The notes beneath the pieces are model-generated. The model did not search any database. It was given only the letters and a program-made list of their open reading frames with translations, and was not told the DNA's origin. Source: Plasmodiophora brassicae (Eukaryota). From it: a stretch of 64,000 nt of DNA. The stretch's first letter is position 1. Every line of letters starts with the position of its first letter. The translations under genes were made by a program, and so were the position numbers. Of this stretch, positions 36,779 through 47,856 are shown one piece after another. The stretch spans positions 496,001 to 560,000 of the forward strand of contig CP145423.1 in assembly GCA_036867785.1 (NCBI GenBank), read 5' to 3'.

Positions 36779-37456
36779 ATGAAGCCCTCCGCTGACTTCC
36801 TCGTCGACGATTCGTCGTCCAGCGACGACAACGAGCAGGATGTCGTGGAGGACGGCATCCCACAGGACGCGACGCCAAAGAACAAGAAACGACGACACAA
36901 AACAGCGTACATTTTCCTCTGCAGGGTGACGTCAACGTGATTCCTGACCTGATGCCATAGCCCGTTGGAGATGCCTTCGAATCAACCAGTTGGCCGTTAT
37001 CGTCGTGTCGTCAAAGGCTCGGGTCGGCGGTCGAGGGATCCTCGGTTCGACGACCTGAGCGGAGAGTTCAACCCGACAGTTTTCTCGCAAACTTACCGGT
37101 TCCTGAACGATGCCCGCGAACAAGAGCTGGCCTCGTTGAAGAAATCGCTGAAGAAAGTCAGGAGTGCCACCTCTAAGGCGAACGTGGAGAACGCCATCGA
37201 CTTCCTGCAGAAGAGCAAGGCGGCTGCCGAACGTGACGAGCGCCTGCGCCAGCAGAAGGCGACCGTGTTCGCCACCGAACGTCAGCTAGTCAAGCAGGGC
37301 AAGAAGCCGTACTTCCCGAAGAAGCGTGTCCTGCGCCAGATCGAACTCGCCGACAAGTTCGAGCAGCTGAAGAAGGCGGGCGGCGTCGACAAATTCATTG
37401 CCAAACGGCGACGCAAGAACGCCAGCAAGGACCACCGATGGCTGGCCCACGAGTAG
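36779..37456 (+). CDS. RRP36: rRNA biogenesis protein RRP36; 2 exons
   Basis: APLEMPSNQPV, RDPRFDDLSGEF, YRFLND, KQGKKPYFPKK and KRRRKNASKD. Intron at 36907-36960. Confidence 0.9.
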
Positions 37457-37592
37457 TGCCCGCTGCAGGCACGTTGTAATATACTCGGTACATACGACCT
37501 ACGTACACGTCGCACGGCGAGTTCCACCTGCGATCCGCCGCCCGCGCCGCGGCGCCAATCTGGGCGGCGGTTTCCTGGTCTCCCGCGCCCGC

Positions 37593-39003
37593 ATGCAACG
37601 GCTGCGATCGGCAGCGGGCAGGTGGGGCCGCCGACCGGACCACCCGGTCACCGTCGACGAGTTCTCGCGGATCATGAAGCGGTTCCCGATCGCGAACGAC
37701 GTCCCGCTAGGTACGACGCAGCGTCGCCGGTGCCAGCAACGTTCCTGAACAGCGCTGTCCCTCTCTCGCTGCAGGCGTGGCCGTGTCCGGAGGCGTCGAC
37801 AGCATGGCGCTGCTGCGGCTCGCGTGTCGCTGGCACGCCACCGAACGTCAGCGATCCGTCGCGTTGCACGTGTAACCGCGATGGTCGCCATGCGCCGCGC
37901 CCGACTCCCTGACCGCCACCGCAGGTACTCGGTGGATCACGCCCTGCGCCCTGAATCCGCCGGCGAAGTCGCCTGGGTTGGTCGCGAATGTTCTCAGATC
38001 GGTAGGCGACGCGCGTACGTCGCCGCCCCGCGTGAACGTGACCGCTGTAGGCGACCTGCTTGGCGTCAACGTCGTGCACTCGTCGTTGGCGATGTCCTGG
38101 GAGTCGCGCCCCGACACGAAGGACCTGCAGAGTCGTGCCCGGGACGGGCGGTACGGGCTCCTGTTCGACGCCTGCAGGCAGGATCGCGTTCGGCACGTTC
38201 TGGTCGCGCATCACCTCGACGACCAGTGCGAGACGTTCCTGATGCGGGTCGCGCGCGCCTCGGGCCTCACAGGCCTGACCTGCATGCTGCCGTCGACGTC
38301 GACGCCGTCGGGCGTCGACATCGTCCGCCCGTTGCTGTCCGTGCCCAAGTCGCGCCTGGTCGCGTTCTGCCGGGCGTCGCTCCAGTCCTGGAAGGAGGAC
38401 GCGTCGAACCAGAACCTGCTGTTCGATCGCGTTCGCGCCCGGACCGTCGTCCAGGACCTTCCCGAGGACACGCTCGCCCTGGTCGGCGCGACCGCATCGC
38501 GTATGCCCGCTCGGGCGGAACGCGCCAGGCAGGTCTGCGACTCGGTGATCAACGAGTCGTGCGTCTGGATCGAGGCGGCGTCGCCGATCTGCTGGGTGGA
38601 CCTGTACCGGTTGCGGCGCTGCCACCCGGCCGTCCTCCGCCTGGTGCTGACCACGATCGTGAAGCGCGTTAGCGGCGAGGACCGCGTTCGTGTGAAACCG
38701 ATGGACGAGTTCGTCGCCGGCCTGTTCGACGGCGAGGCAGCGCACGGGTGGAGGCAGGTGTTCGGGTGTCGCGTCCAACGACGCATGGCGTCGCTGGTGA
38801 TCGCCCCCGATTACACACGAGGTGCTGCGCGCCCGGCGTCCGTCAACTGGGAACGCGTTGTCACCGTCGCCGAGCACCTTCGCCAGCGCGCCGAATCCGA
38901 CCTTCGGGGCGTTCGAATCGAGGAACGACGACGACGCCAGCAACTGCTACGTACCGCCGACGACACCGCGAATCGTCCCGCTCGCGTGCATGTCGCTTCA
39001 TAA
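37593..39003 (+). CDS. tilS: tRNA(Ile)-lysidine synthase, probably mitochondrion-targeted; multi-exon
   Basis: PP-loop VAVSGGVDSMALL, VDHALRPES, ARDGRY, VAHHLDDQCETFLMR, RPLL and EDASN. Arg-rich N-terminus. Confidence 0.9.
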
Positions 39004-39185
39004 AGTATTGGTGACCTACCACAGGTAACTACTGCCTTGGATCTCACACACGGGAGCGCTCGACCGCTGCTCCTCCAGCACAAACCGTGGCACCATCAGA
39101 GCGCGTCACGTGCTGACACTATGAAGTAAAAGGTTCATAGGATGGCGGCGATGTGTGAGCGACTCCCGACAGCGGCGCAGGGTGC

Positions 39186-40172
39186 TTATTTGGCGGAAGG
39201 CGGGCCCGGCGCTGGGAACTTGTCGGCCACGCTGGCGATATCGCCCATGCCGAAGAGCCCCATGAGAGCCCCGGTGCCGAACAGATTGTGGGAGTAGCCA
39301 GGAACCGATACGAACAGGGCCAAGATGGCGGCCCAGATGCTTGACGAGCACATGCCCAGATCGACCCAGGTCAATGGGTTTAGCATCCAGCAGGAGCTGC
39401 GGGGTCCATCATGGGGTATAGCGTGCCTAACCCACAGGTCGGAAAGCACGACAGCAGCGCCGTAGACAGAACCACATTTGGCGCCAATGACGACATCCTG
39501 GCCGGCATGGCCGCTGGCCGCTATGCCGCTTAGACAGCATCCAGCGACCCGTGCCAGCATGCTGACGGTTGTGTACGCCCAGTGACTGGCGCGTACGCGG
39601 AAGCGGACGGCCAGCGTGACAATCACATATATCGCGATAACCTGTGGAAGAAAGCTGGCTCCTGCAGCGGTCAGCGTAAGGACGATCGCTGGACGCACCG
39701 CGTTGTCGTTATCCGCTGCTTCGTTCCCGTACTCACGCGCGCGGAGCGATTGCACTGCGACGCCTCCAATGGCAGCGGACAGGACGTTGAGTGGCAGCTG
39801 ATAGATAACCAAGACAAGAGACTCTGCCAGGTAGGCGGCGAACGTTATGCCTGCCACATCAGCCCTGGACGGTTCGTCGTGAAACGCGTCGCGAAACCGG
39901 ACCCGCACAATCCTCCCATCATCGTTGCGGCAATTGATGAGCCAGGATAACGGAGGCGCCAGCGTTCGGCCACTCTTGTACACGAATTTGGTGATCGTGG
40001 AACTGAACGACGGCGACAAGAGGTGGACGGGTTGTTCTTGGGCGTCACGGGTCTGCAAGGAGCTAACGTTGACGCTCACGTGGTCAGCGGTCGACGAACC
40101 AGCGTGCATTGCATTGCAGGCAGCTGCCATCATCAGGGCCGCGGCCACGATACCGAGTTGTACGTTCCGCAT
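39186..40172 (-). CDS. Uncharacterised signal-peptide-bearing multi-pass membrane protein
   Basis: Long intronless ORF with the signal MRNVQLGIVAAALMMAAACNA and several Gly/Ala-rich hydrophobic helices. Confidence 0.5.
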   Translation of the reverse strand: MRNVQLGIVAAALMMAAACNAMHAGSSTADHVSVNVSSLQTRDAQEQPVHLLSPSFSSTITKFVYKSGRTLAPPLSWLINCRNDDGRIVRVRFRDAFHDEPSRADVAGITFAAYLAESLVLVIYQLPLNVLSAAIGGVAVQSLRAREYGNEAADNDNAVRPAIVLTLTAAGASFLPQVIAIYVIVTLAVRFRVRASHWAYTTVSMLARVAGCCLSGIAASGHAGQDVVIGAKCGSVYGAAVVLSDLWVRHAIPHDGPRSSCWMLNPLTWVDLGMCSSSIWAAILALFVSVPGYSHNLFGTGALMGLFGMGDIASVADKFPAPGPPSAK

Positions 40173-40415
40173 TGTGCACAGGGACGACCCAGGTGACGCC
40201 GTGATCAATCTGGCTGCGGACGCCCGCCAGGAACCCAGGACGGCAGTGCCGAGGCGTGCGTCTCGGACAAACCGAATCCGCTGCGCCACCCTGACCCTCT
40301 CCGTAGGTCCCAGTGGGTTCGTAAAAGTGCGTCAGTGCGTTCGTAGACGGCGTCACTGAGGGGCTTCCAAGCGCTCAGGTAGCGGTCGTTCGACAAAGGC
40401 TGCCGTACTGCAGCG

Positions 40416-41811
40416 TCAACAAGCCAGGCATTGCGATTCTCGATAGGCCGTGGTCTCTCCTGCTCGGGGCTCGTCGCTGCGTCGGACGTCGTCTAGTTTC
40501 ATACGAAGCGGGAGCGCGATCAGGGCCACCCTTGCTAGCGACACAAGTATCTCTCCAATCGCGGCGACGCACGCCTGACAGGAACGATATGAACAGTGAC
40601 GAGCTCTGAGATCAGCATGCGCGTAGACGTGTCTCCAGTATCGAGTCGACGCCGCTTGAGTCCGGTCTGTATGTGAACCGGGACGTGTGCCCGGACTGTT
40701 ATAGGCAAGCTTTGACATTGTTGCGATCGCGCGACACGTGAATGATCTCGCTGAACACGTCGTTGGGGATATCGTCCAGATCGCCGCATTTGAGTAGGTG
40801 GGCCCCTTGACGAATTAGCAGCTTGGAGATACCGAGCATTGAGCGTTTGGCGGAGCGTGATGAAGCGGCCTCCCTGACCCCCACGCAACGTCAGTGTCAC
40901 TCGGATCGATGCACTTGAACCGTTTCGTACCGTAACCGGAGCAAACGACAAACCGCGTACTCGCCAAATTCATCGGGCGTGTTCAGGACGGCCTCCCGAT
41001 CATGTTCGGGAACCGATTCGATCAGTAACGACATGGCGCGGTGATACGCGTGATCACCCGGATGATCCCTGAGCACCGATGGCCGTTACAACGCTGTATT
41101 CAGGACCGTGTTCTTCACGGATGGCACACCCAATTTTGCGATTCAGAATATGAAACGCCGACTGGAGGACGCGCCTCGCGCCATCATCATAAGGCCTAGC
41201 CATTGTAGCCGCCAGCAGGCTCGCCATGGTCAACAATTTGGCCTTCCTGCACACACGGCCCAGTTAATAATTCGCTACGCGCATGTGCACGGTGCACAGC
41301 TTGACATTGGCATCTGTTCGTTGTTAAGCAGTCGGTTCAGAGGCGGCATGCCGAATTGCCCGGGGGCGTATAACAGGTCGGGTTGCCGGTCGATAAGTTC
41401 GGCGACGAACCCGTTCCAGCCCAGCATGGCGCATAAGTGAATCACGCCGTCTCGGTCGTCGACACCGTGGAGAACGGTGGGGACCGCGTCCAGGGCGACC
41501 TGGGCGAATGCCCGGTCGAGAACGGCACACGACTGGAAGGGCTGCCGGAACAGGCAGACCTCCAGTGCCCCGGTCGGCGGCGACCGCGCTACCAGACGGC
41601 GCGCCTTGCGCTTGACGGCGTTAATCGCTGCCTGGCGAAGCCGGTGACAGGAGCGGGCCAGACTGGGCAGACTGCTCCCGAAGAGACACAGCGCGCACTC
41701 GTCCAGCAGCTCCGGAGGTAACGCCAGGAGACCGGCACGGTCGGTCGGCGCCGACAGTGCGCACAGACGCTGCACAGCCAGCACGACGAGTCCCGTCAAG
41801 AGCGCTGCCAT
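40416..41811 (-). CDS. Signal peptide, F-box-like motif and ankyrin repeats; multi-exon, 3' end approximate
   Basis: MAALLTGLVVLAVQRLCALS. LLALPPELLDECALCL...LARSCHRLR is F-box-like. IHLCAMLGW...GQFGMPPL, LNTPDEFGEYA and ISKLLIRQGA are ankyrin-like. Confidence 0.55.
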
Positions 41812-42092
41812 CGGATCCACGGCGGTCGGTCGGAGCTCACCTCGCAGGCCGCACGGCGAACCTCATGCATCGGGAACTACCTACCCTCGGCCACGCCTCA
41901 CCGGCCGCTAATTTTGGGGAGAGCGCTATCGACCGTGACAGTCCTGCAACGTCGTCCGACCCGACGACAGCAGACGAGCCGGGCGTTTGCACTTATAATA
42001 TAGACTCTCTGAAGGTTGTATTACAAACTGTCGACCGGCACGATGCCGAATAGGTACAGAGGGTTCGATGCTTGACGGGAGCCGTTAGCAAG

Positions 42093-42552
42093 TTACCTAG
42101 GCGGGTTGCCGGGCGCGTAGAAGTCGTACTCAACGGTCGACATTCGTCGTTCAGCGGCACCGGTTGGCGTTGCCGTGAACATCGTCGTTGGGGACATGCG
42201 CTGGTAGTCGACGTTCCCGATGGACATCCGCTGGAACTGGGCTCGCGCCATGTGCTGGGATGCGCTGGACCAGTCGAAGGCAGTCGACCCGAACGCGGAT
42301 GTCGTCGGCGGTGTCTCAATTCGCATCAGGGATCCGTTCATCTCGTCATAGTGCGGTTGGACTTGCTGCTGGACAGCAGCGAACGGCGAGTTTGGCGCCG
42401 GCTGGAAATGGAACATCGGGTACTGGGTCGGCGCAAACTGCATCTGTTGTGGTTGCTGCTGTTGCTGCTGCTGCTGCTGCTGCCGCTGCTGATGCTGCTG
42501 CTGTTGTTGTGGCGCCTGCGCTTGCTGCGACTGCTGCTGTTGCTGTTGCTGC

Positions 42553-42584
<32 letters not shown>

Positions 42585-43367
42585 TTGTTGCTGCTGCTGC
42601 TGCTGTTGTTGCTTTGGGGAATGCGCCAGCGGTTGAGCGAACGGAATTATGGGGTTGCCAAGTGACGAGGCACCAGCGTTCTGTGGCGGAATGACGGCCA
42701 TGGACATCGATCGTGCCTGGTCGACGTTCATGCTCTCGTTCTTGATATAGACGGGAACCGACTGCGACTGCGGCCGCGTCTGGACGTCGTTCGCCGCCTG
42801 CGATCGCTCTTGCGCTTCCTTCATACGCCGCAGCTCCAGCAACAGCGACTCGTTCTGTTGCCGCAGGAACATAACCTGCTGCTGCAGCTCGTCGATCTGC
42901 GTCCGCTGCTTCGTGATCGTGTCGGTGGACTTCCTCGAGATCAGGTGCAGCAGGTCGAGGCGGCCGCGCAGGAAGTTCGGATGCCGGAACTCGCTTGCGC
43001 CGTTCACCAGGGACGTCTTACTGAACCCGTAGAAGTGGAGCTGCCTGACGAAGGACGCGAAATTGGCGTGCTTGAAGAACATTGGAAGGACTTCGGCGGC
43101 CAGGACGTTCGCGTCTCGCACCAGGAATCCGGTCCCGCACGGCAGCCATGATACGCATTCATGCGCCCCGATCATGGAGTACGTCTTTTGGATGAAGGGC
43201 GTCTGCTTGGCATCGGTCGGCAACGCCTCTCCGTACGTAGCTGGGTCGTCGTCGTGCACTTTAATGGGCGGCACGGGCGCGGATACACCGCGCACCCGCG
43301 TCTGCACCGGGGCGCTCATATCGGACACGCTCCTGCTGCCCGGGCGCGTCAGCGCTTCGGTCGTCAT
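42093..43367 (-). CDS. Heat-shock-factor (HSF)-type transcription factor with coiled coil and polyQ
   Basis: PFIQKTYSMI...VSW...F...LPMFFKHANFASFVRQLHFYGFSK...EFRHPNFLRG, followed by a heptad region. Confidence 0.93.
42443..42612 (-). repeat. CAG/CAA trinucleotide repeat (polyglutamine)
   Basis: (tgc/tgt)n tract on the + strand. Confidence 0.95.
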
Positions 43368-43821
43368 TTTCGTACTGGCTGCGCCGACGGCGGTTCGCGA
43401 GCGTTCGCGACGTGTCGTCTTCCGACGCAATGGCAGATTAGGGCCGAAACTCCGCCGTGCGTGGACTGTGACGGATTTAGACCGGCTGGTCACCCCGCGC
43501 AAAATCGCGCACTTAACGTTCGGGTGCCGCGCGGCCGCCCACTCGCAAAATGCGGCCGCCCGAACCGAACAGAACTCTCTCGATGCCGGTCGCGCTCTGT
43601 GACCCACTGTACCACCCCTCGCACTATAGCCGCCCGGGGTTGACTGTACCAATGGTTAACACACCTTCGAACTTAACGACGGGCAATCGCCAACGTGTGG
43701 CGTACCCGTACGCGAGCGGCTTTTGATTTATTCGTTCCGTTTAGGAATGGATAAATTCCGTTCCTATTCTATCCACTATCAAGTGTGCCAGGGGCGTAAG
43801 CACGCAACAGCTGCATCGCGG

Positions 43822-43970
43822 CGCAGTCGCGACGCTACAGCACCGCAGTCGCGACACTGCAGCACCGCAGACGCGACACTGCAGAACCGCAGACGCGACA
43901 CTGCAGCACCGCAGTCGCGACACTGCAGCACCGCAGTCGCGACACTGCAGCACCGCAGACGTGATGCTGC
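43822..43970. repeat. 22-bp minisatellite, 6 full units and 1 partial
   Basis: Unit cgcagWcgcgacactgcagcac. The last partial unit contains the ATG of the ligase gene. Confidence 0.93.
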
Positions 43971-46162
43971 GCCGGTTGGTCGTGTATGCGCTTCGCGGTG
44001 GCGTCCGCCGCGCTCGCGCAGCGCCGGCAGCGGGCAAGAACGACGGGGCGGTCGCGGCGGCCACGCGGATCACCGAACTTCGCGACTGGCTGTCGCGATG
44101 TAGCCGGGCGTACTACCGCGGGGAAACGCCGCTGGCGACCGACCCGGAATTCGACGCCGCCATGGGCGAGCTCGCCGAACTCGAATCCCGGTTCCCGTAC
44201 ATGAAGTCGCCGTCGTCGCCGACGTCGCAGATCGGCACGCATCCGCTGACGTTCCTCACCGAGCCGCATTCGCAGGCGATCGTGCCGGTGCGGTGCGTCG
44301 GTGCGCTGGACGACGTCACCCTGTACATGCGGCAGGTGCCCGGCGCGACCTGGAGCGTCGAGCACAAACTCGACGGGATGACGGTCGCCTTGCGCTACGA
44401 CCAGAACGGCAACCTCGTCAAGGCGATCTCGCGGGGCGACGGCGAGTACGGCGATGACATCACGTTGGCCGTCAAACGCTACGCGAAGAACGTCCCGGTG
44501 CAGGTCGACAATAAGCTCGGCGCTCCGTTCGAGGTGCGATGCCAGGCCGTCGTAGACGCGAAGAACACGACGACGTCGACGGCGCTGCGTGCGCAGATCG
44601 CCGCCCTGCTTCGTCCGGTCGTGGAGAGCGCCCCGGACGCGTCGAAGGCCATCGACCTGGTCTGCAGTGACCTGCTACGTCAGGACGAGGCGGACGATTC
44701 CGACCACTCGCACTACGACGACATGCGCATGCTGGAGTCGATGGGATTCGCGATCGACTCCGACCTGGTGACCTGCACCGAATCGGAGAACGTGCTGACC
44801 GCGATAGCGCACCTGCAGGCCGGTCGCCAGAGGTACCGGTACGAATGCGTTGGCGCCATTGTCAAGCTGGACAGCTCCGCCGAGCGGCGGCGTCGTCGCC
44901 GCGCGGGATCGGAGTGCTCGGTGGCGTTCATGTTCGATACGGCGCGGGCCGAGAGCGTCCTGGAACGCATCGACATCACGGTCGGCAGGTTCGGCAAGGT
45001 GTCGCCGATTGCTGTCGTCCAGCCTGTCAAACTCGGCCACGTAACCGTCACGCGGGCGACATTGTTCAGCGCCAAGAACGTCGTCGGTCTCGGCGGCGGC
45101 GAACCGGGCGACATTGTCGACCTCCAGCAGTTTGGCGACGTCCTCCCGAAGGTGCTCAAGATTGTCCCGCAGAGCTCCAGGACGACGGATCCGCGTTCGC
45201 TGTTCGAAGTCTGCCCGTGCGGGCGGAAGTCGAAGCTGAAATTCGACGAGGGTGCACTGGACGCCTGGTGCGTCGACGAGGAGTGCCCATCGATTCGGGT
45301 TGCTCGACTGGCGCACGCTGTCTCGAAGGACGCCCTGGACGTCAAGGGTGTCGGCGTCGCGTCCGTAACGCAGCTGGTGCAAGCCGGCCTCGTTCGTGAC
45401 ATTCCGGATCTGTTCCAGCTGCGCAAGCGCGATCTCGTTCTGTTGCCGGGTTGGGATCGCCGAACGGCGACCGCGGCCGTCGCGAACCTCGTTCAAGCTC
45501 GGACGCGCGGCGACCCGCTGGGCCTGCTGAACTGTCTCGGCATTGAGGGCGTCAGTCGGGAAATGTGCCGCCGTCTGCTGAGGAACTTCGGTCTGTCCCC
45601 TGAGCGCGTGCTTCGCGCCGATCTGGACGAGCTTGCCGAGGCGCGTGGTGTCGGCCGTCGTGTGGCGGAGGCGATCGCGAAATTCGCCCAGAGCGAACGG
45701 GGCGCGAACATCATCAAGGCGTTCCGCGACCTGGGGCTGTTCGCGTACACGACTGGCGACAGCACTACCGCCGCGCCCACGTTCCCGATGTCGGGCAAGA
45801 TTGTCGTGCTGTCGGGCAGGTTCAATCGTTTCGACGTCGATGAGCTCAGGGACCGGTTCCGGGCGCTGGGCGCCCGTATCGGCGACCAGGTCACCGCCAA
45901 GACGTCGTTCCTGTTCGCCGGCCGGGACGACGTCCGGTTCAGCCGCAAGATGAAGGACGCCAGGAAGCACGGCGTCCGCGTCGTCCGCGAGGACGAGATG
46001 ATCCAGCTGCTCCAGCTACACGAAGGCGAGGAATACTGCTTCGCCGGGTCGTCCGCGCATATCCCGCTGGGCGTCCGGGCCCCGACGTCGACGTCACCCA
46101 CCTCTGCGACCGCCGATGTCGAAGTCGCCCCACAAGACGTTAATTCAGGGCAACGCGTGTAG
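43964..46162 (+). CDS. ligA: NAD+-dependent DNA ligase (LigA-like), intronless and divergent, with a putative mitochondrial presequence
   Basis: Domain Ia YY...P...DPEFD, motif I EHKLDG, SRGDGEYGDDIT, OB fold VGRFGKVSP...TRATL, Zn finger CPCG...C...C, HhH LDVKGVG and BRCT VVLSGRF...VTAKTSFL. Confidence 0.9.
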   Translation: MLRRLVVYALRGGVRRARAAPAAGKNDGAVAAATRITELRDWLSRCSRAYYRGETPLATDPEFDAAMGELAELESRFPYMKSPSSPTSQIGTHPLTFLTEPHSQAIVPVRCVGALDDVTLYMRQVPGATWSVEHKLDGMTVALRYDQNGNLVKAISRGDGEYGDDITLAVKRYAKNVPVQVDNKLGAPFEVRCQAVVDAKNTTTSTALRAQIAALLRPVVESAPDASKAIDLVCSDLLRQDEADDSDHSHYDDMRMLESMGFAIDSDLVTCTESENVLTAIAHLQAGRQRYRYECVGAIVKLDSSAERRRRRRAGSECSVAFMFDTARAESVLERIDITVGRFGKVSPIAVVQPVKLGHVTVTRATLFSAKNVVGLGGGEPGDIVDLQQFGDVLPKVLKIVPQSSRTTDPRSLFEVCPCGRKSKLKFDEGALDAWCVDEECPSIRVARLAHAVSKDALDVKGVGVASVTQLVQAGLVRDIPDLFQLRKRDLVLLPGWDRRTATAAVANLVQARTRGDPLGLLNCLGIEGVSREMCRRLLRNFGLSPERVLRADLDELAEARGVGRRVAEAIAKFAQSERGANIIKAFRDLGLFAYTTGDSTTAAPTFPMSGKIVVLSGRFNRFDVDELRDRFRALGARIGDQVTAKTSFLFAGRDDVRFSRKMKDARKHGVRVVREDEMIQLLQLHEGEEYCFAGSSAHIPLGVRAPTSTSPTSATADVEVAPQDVNSGQRV

Positions 46163-46325
46163 ACAGTGTATACAGGTTGTGCGGGTCAGCGCGTGGCGTG
46201 CGTCGTACAGCAGGTAGGTAGTTCGGAGCGGCATCGGGTCGGCGCCGGCGTGATTTGCGGGCGCCGCCAGCGGAGCTGCCGAACGGCAAATGCCGTACGG
46301 CATTTGCCTGCGTGTCAGTCTGGTC

Positions 46326-47199
46326 ATGCTGTACATTATCGGGCTGGGCCTCGCCGATGAGGAGGACATCTCGGTCAAGGGCCTGAAGGCGGTGCGCGCG
46401 TGCTCCCGCGTCTACCTGGAGGCGTACACGTCGATCCTGACGGTCGGCGTCGATCGCCTCGAGAAATTCTACGGCCGGCCCGTCGTTGTCGCTGACCGCG
46501 AGATGGTCGAATCGCAATCGGATGCGATCCTCGAGAACGCCGACGTCGAGGACGTTGCGTTCCTCGTCGTTGGCGACCCGTTCGCGTAAGCAGGGCCCTC
46601 GGCGCGGGGCTTCTCAACCTGAATCGGTGTATTTCAGGGCAACGACTCACGTTGACTTCTTGCTGCGAGCGGCCGAGGAGCGCAACGTGGTCGTCAAGAC
46701 GATCCACAACGCGTCGGTGATGAACGCGATTGGGGCATGCGGCCTGCAGCTGTACCAGTTCGGGCAGACGGTATCGATCCCGTTCTTCAGGGACAACTGG
46801 CGGCCGGATAGCTTTTATGACAAGATCAAGGTGAACAAGGACGCCGGGTTCCATACGCTTTGCCTCCTCGACATCAAAGTCAAGGAGCAGAGCGAGGAGA
46901 ACATGCTGCTCGGCCGGCTGATCTACGAACCGCCCCGCTTCATGACCGTCAACGAAGCGCTGTCCCAGATCGTCGAAGTCGAGGAGCGTCGTCAGGAGGG
47001 TGTCTGCCCTGGCGGGACGCGATGCATTGGCGTTGCCCGCCTCGGTGCTGACGACCAGATGATCGTCGCCGGCACCATCGACCAGCTTCGCGATGTCGAC
47101 TTTGGCGCGCCCCTGCACTGCCTTGTCATTGTCGGCGAGACGCATTTCATGGAGGACGACGCGCTTCGTTTCTACAGTGTCGATAAGCTCAAGCAATGA
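46326..47199 (+). CDS. DPH5: Diphthine methyl ester synthase; 2 exons
   Basis: [62 protein letters not shown] and GAPLH. Confidence 0.97.
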
Positions 47200-47856
47200 A
47201 AACCGTGTCGTTTCGCGACTCGCTTTTCCGTCTGCAATGTTCGATCGAGCTGGAAGGCTTCGGCAGCGTCTGTTAAGTGCCTCTTCGGTCGGGTCGTACT
47301 GACCGTTGCCAGATATCGGCAGCTGTGCACTTGCCACGACACGCAGGCGTGTGCCCAGCGCCGACTTTGATGCGTCCCTTGCAGAGAAACGACCGCCTGT
47401 CGCAGGCTGGCTGTGTCGCCTAGGCGGCTGCACTGCCTTATTATGCCAACGTTTGACGCGCGAGCAATCGCAACGCGTTGTCAACCGATACGTTCCTCTG
47501 ATGCAGACAATGTGGCCTATGTTTAGGTTGAGTTGGGTACTGCAGGGCGACAGCGAGAGCGCTTGACACGAAGCGGGTCGCGCGAATGTGTACTGGTAGG
47601 AACAATGACCCGCACGGTTCGTCGTCGGCGGCGTGTACTCCCGATCGATCGCGTATTCTACCACGGTCGTCGACGTCGTGGCTTCAACGACGACGGGTCC
47701 CTCAGTGTCGCCTGCAGGTTTCGCGCCGGGTCACGTTTGCCGAAGTTGCGGGCCCGGTGACGTCGACAAGGCAGGACGTGACGTCACGCCCGACCTGGGC
47801 GCGCGTCCATCTTGCCACGCGATCTTAGCGGGCGTCGGCGCCGAACATTGCCGAAC

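Noticed and set aside
42072-42694. Poly-Leu and poly-Ala ORFs
   Set aside because: Antisense readings of the HSF polyQ tract.
43822-43970. Possible CRISPR array
   Set aside because: The units are contiguous with no unique spacers, there are no cas genes, and the context is eukaryotic. It is a minisatellite.
43964-46162. Bacterial contamination or prophage as the explanation for LigA
   Set aside because: It is flanked directly by eukaryotic genes (HSF and intron-containing DPH5), has similar base composition, carries a presequence-like N-terminus and has no operon context. Long reads would confirm this.
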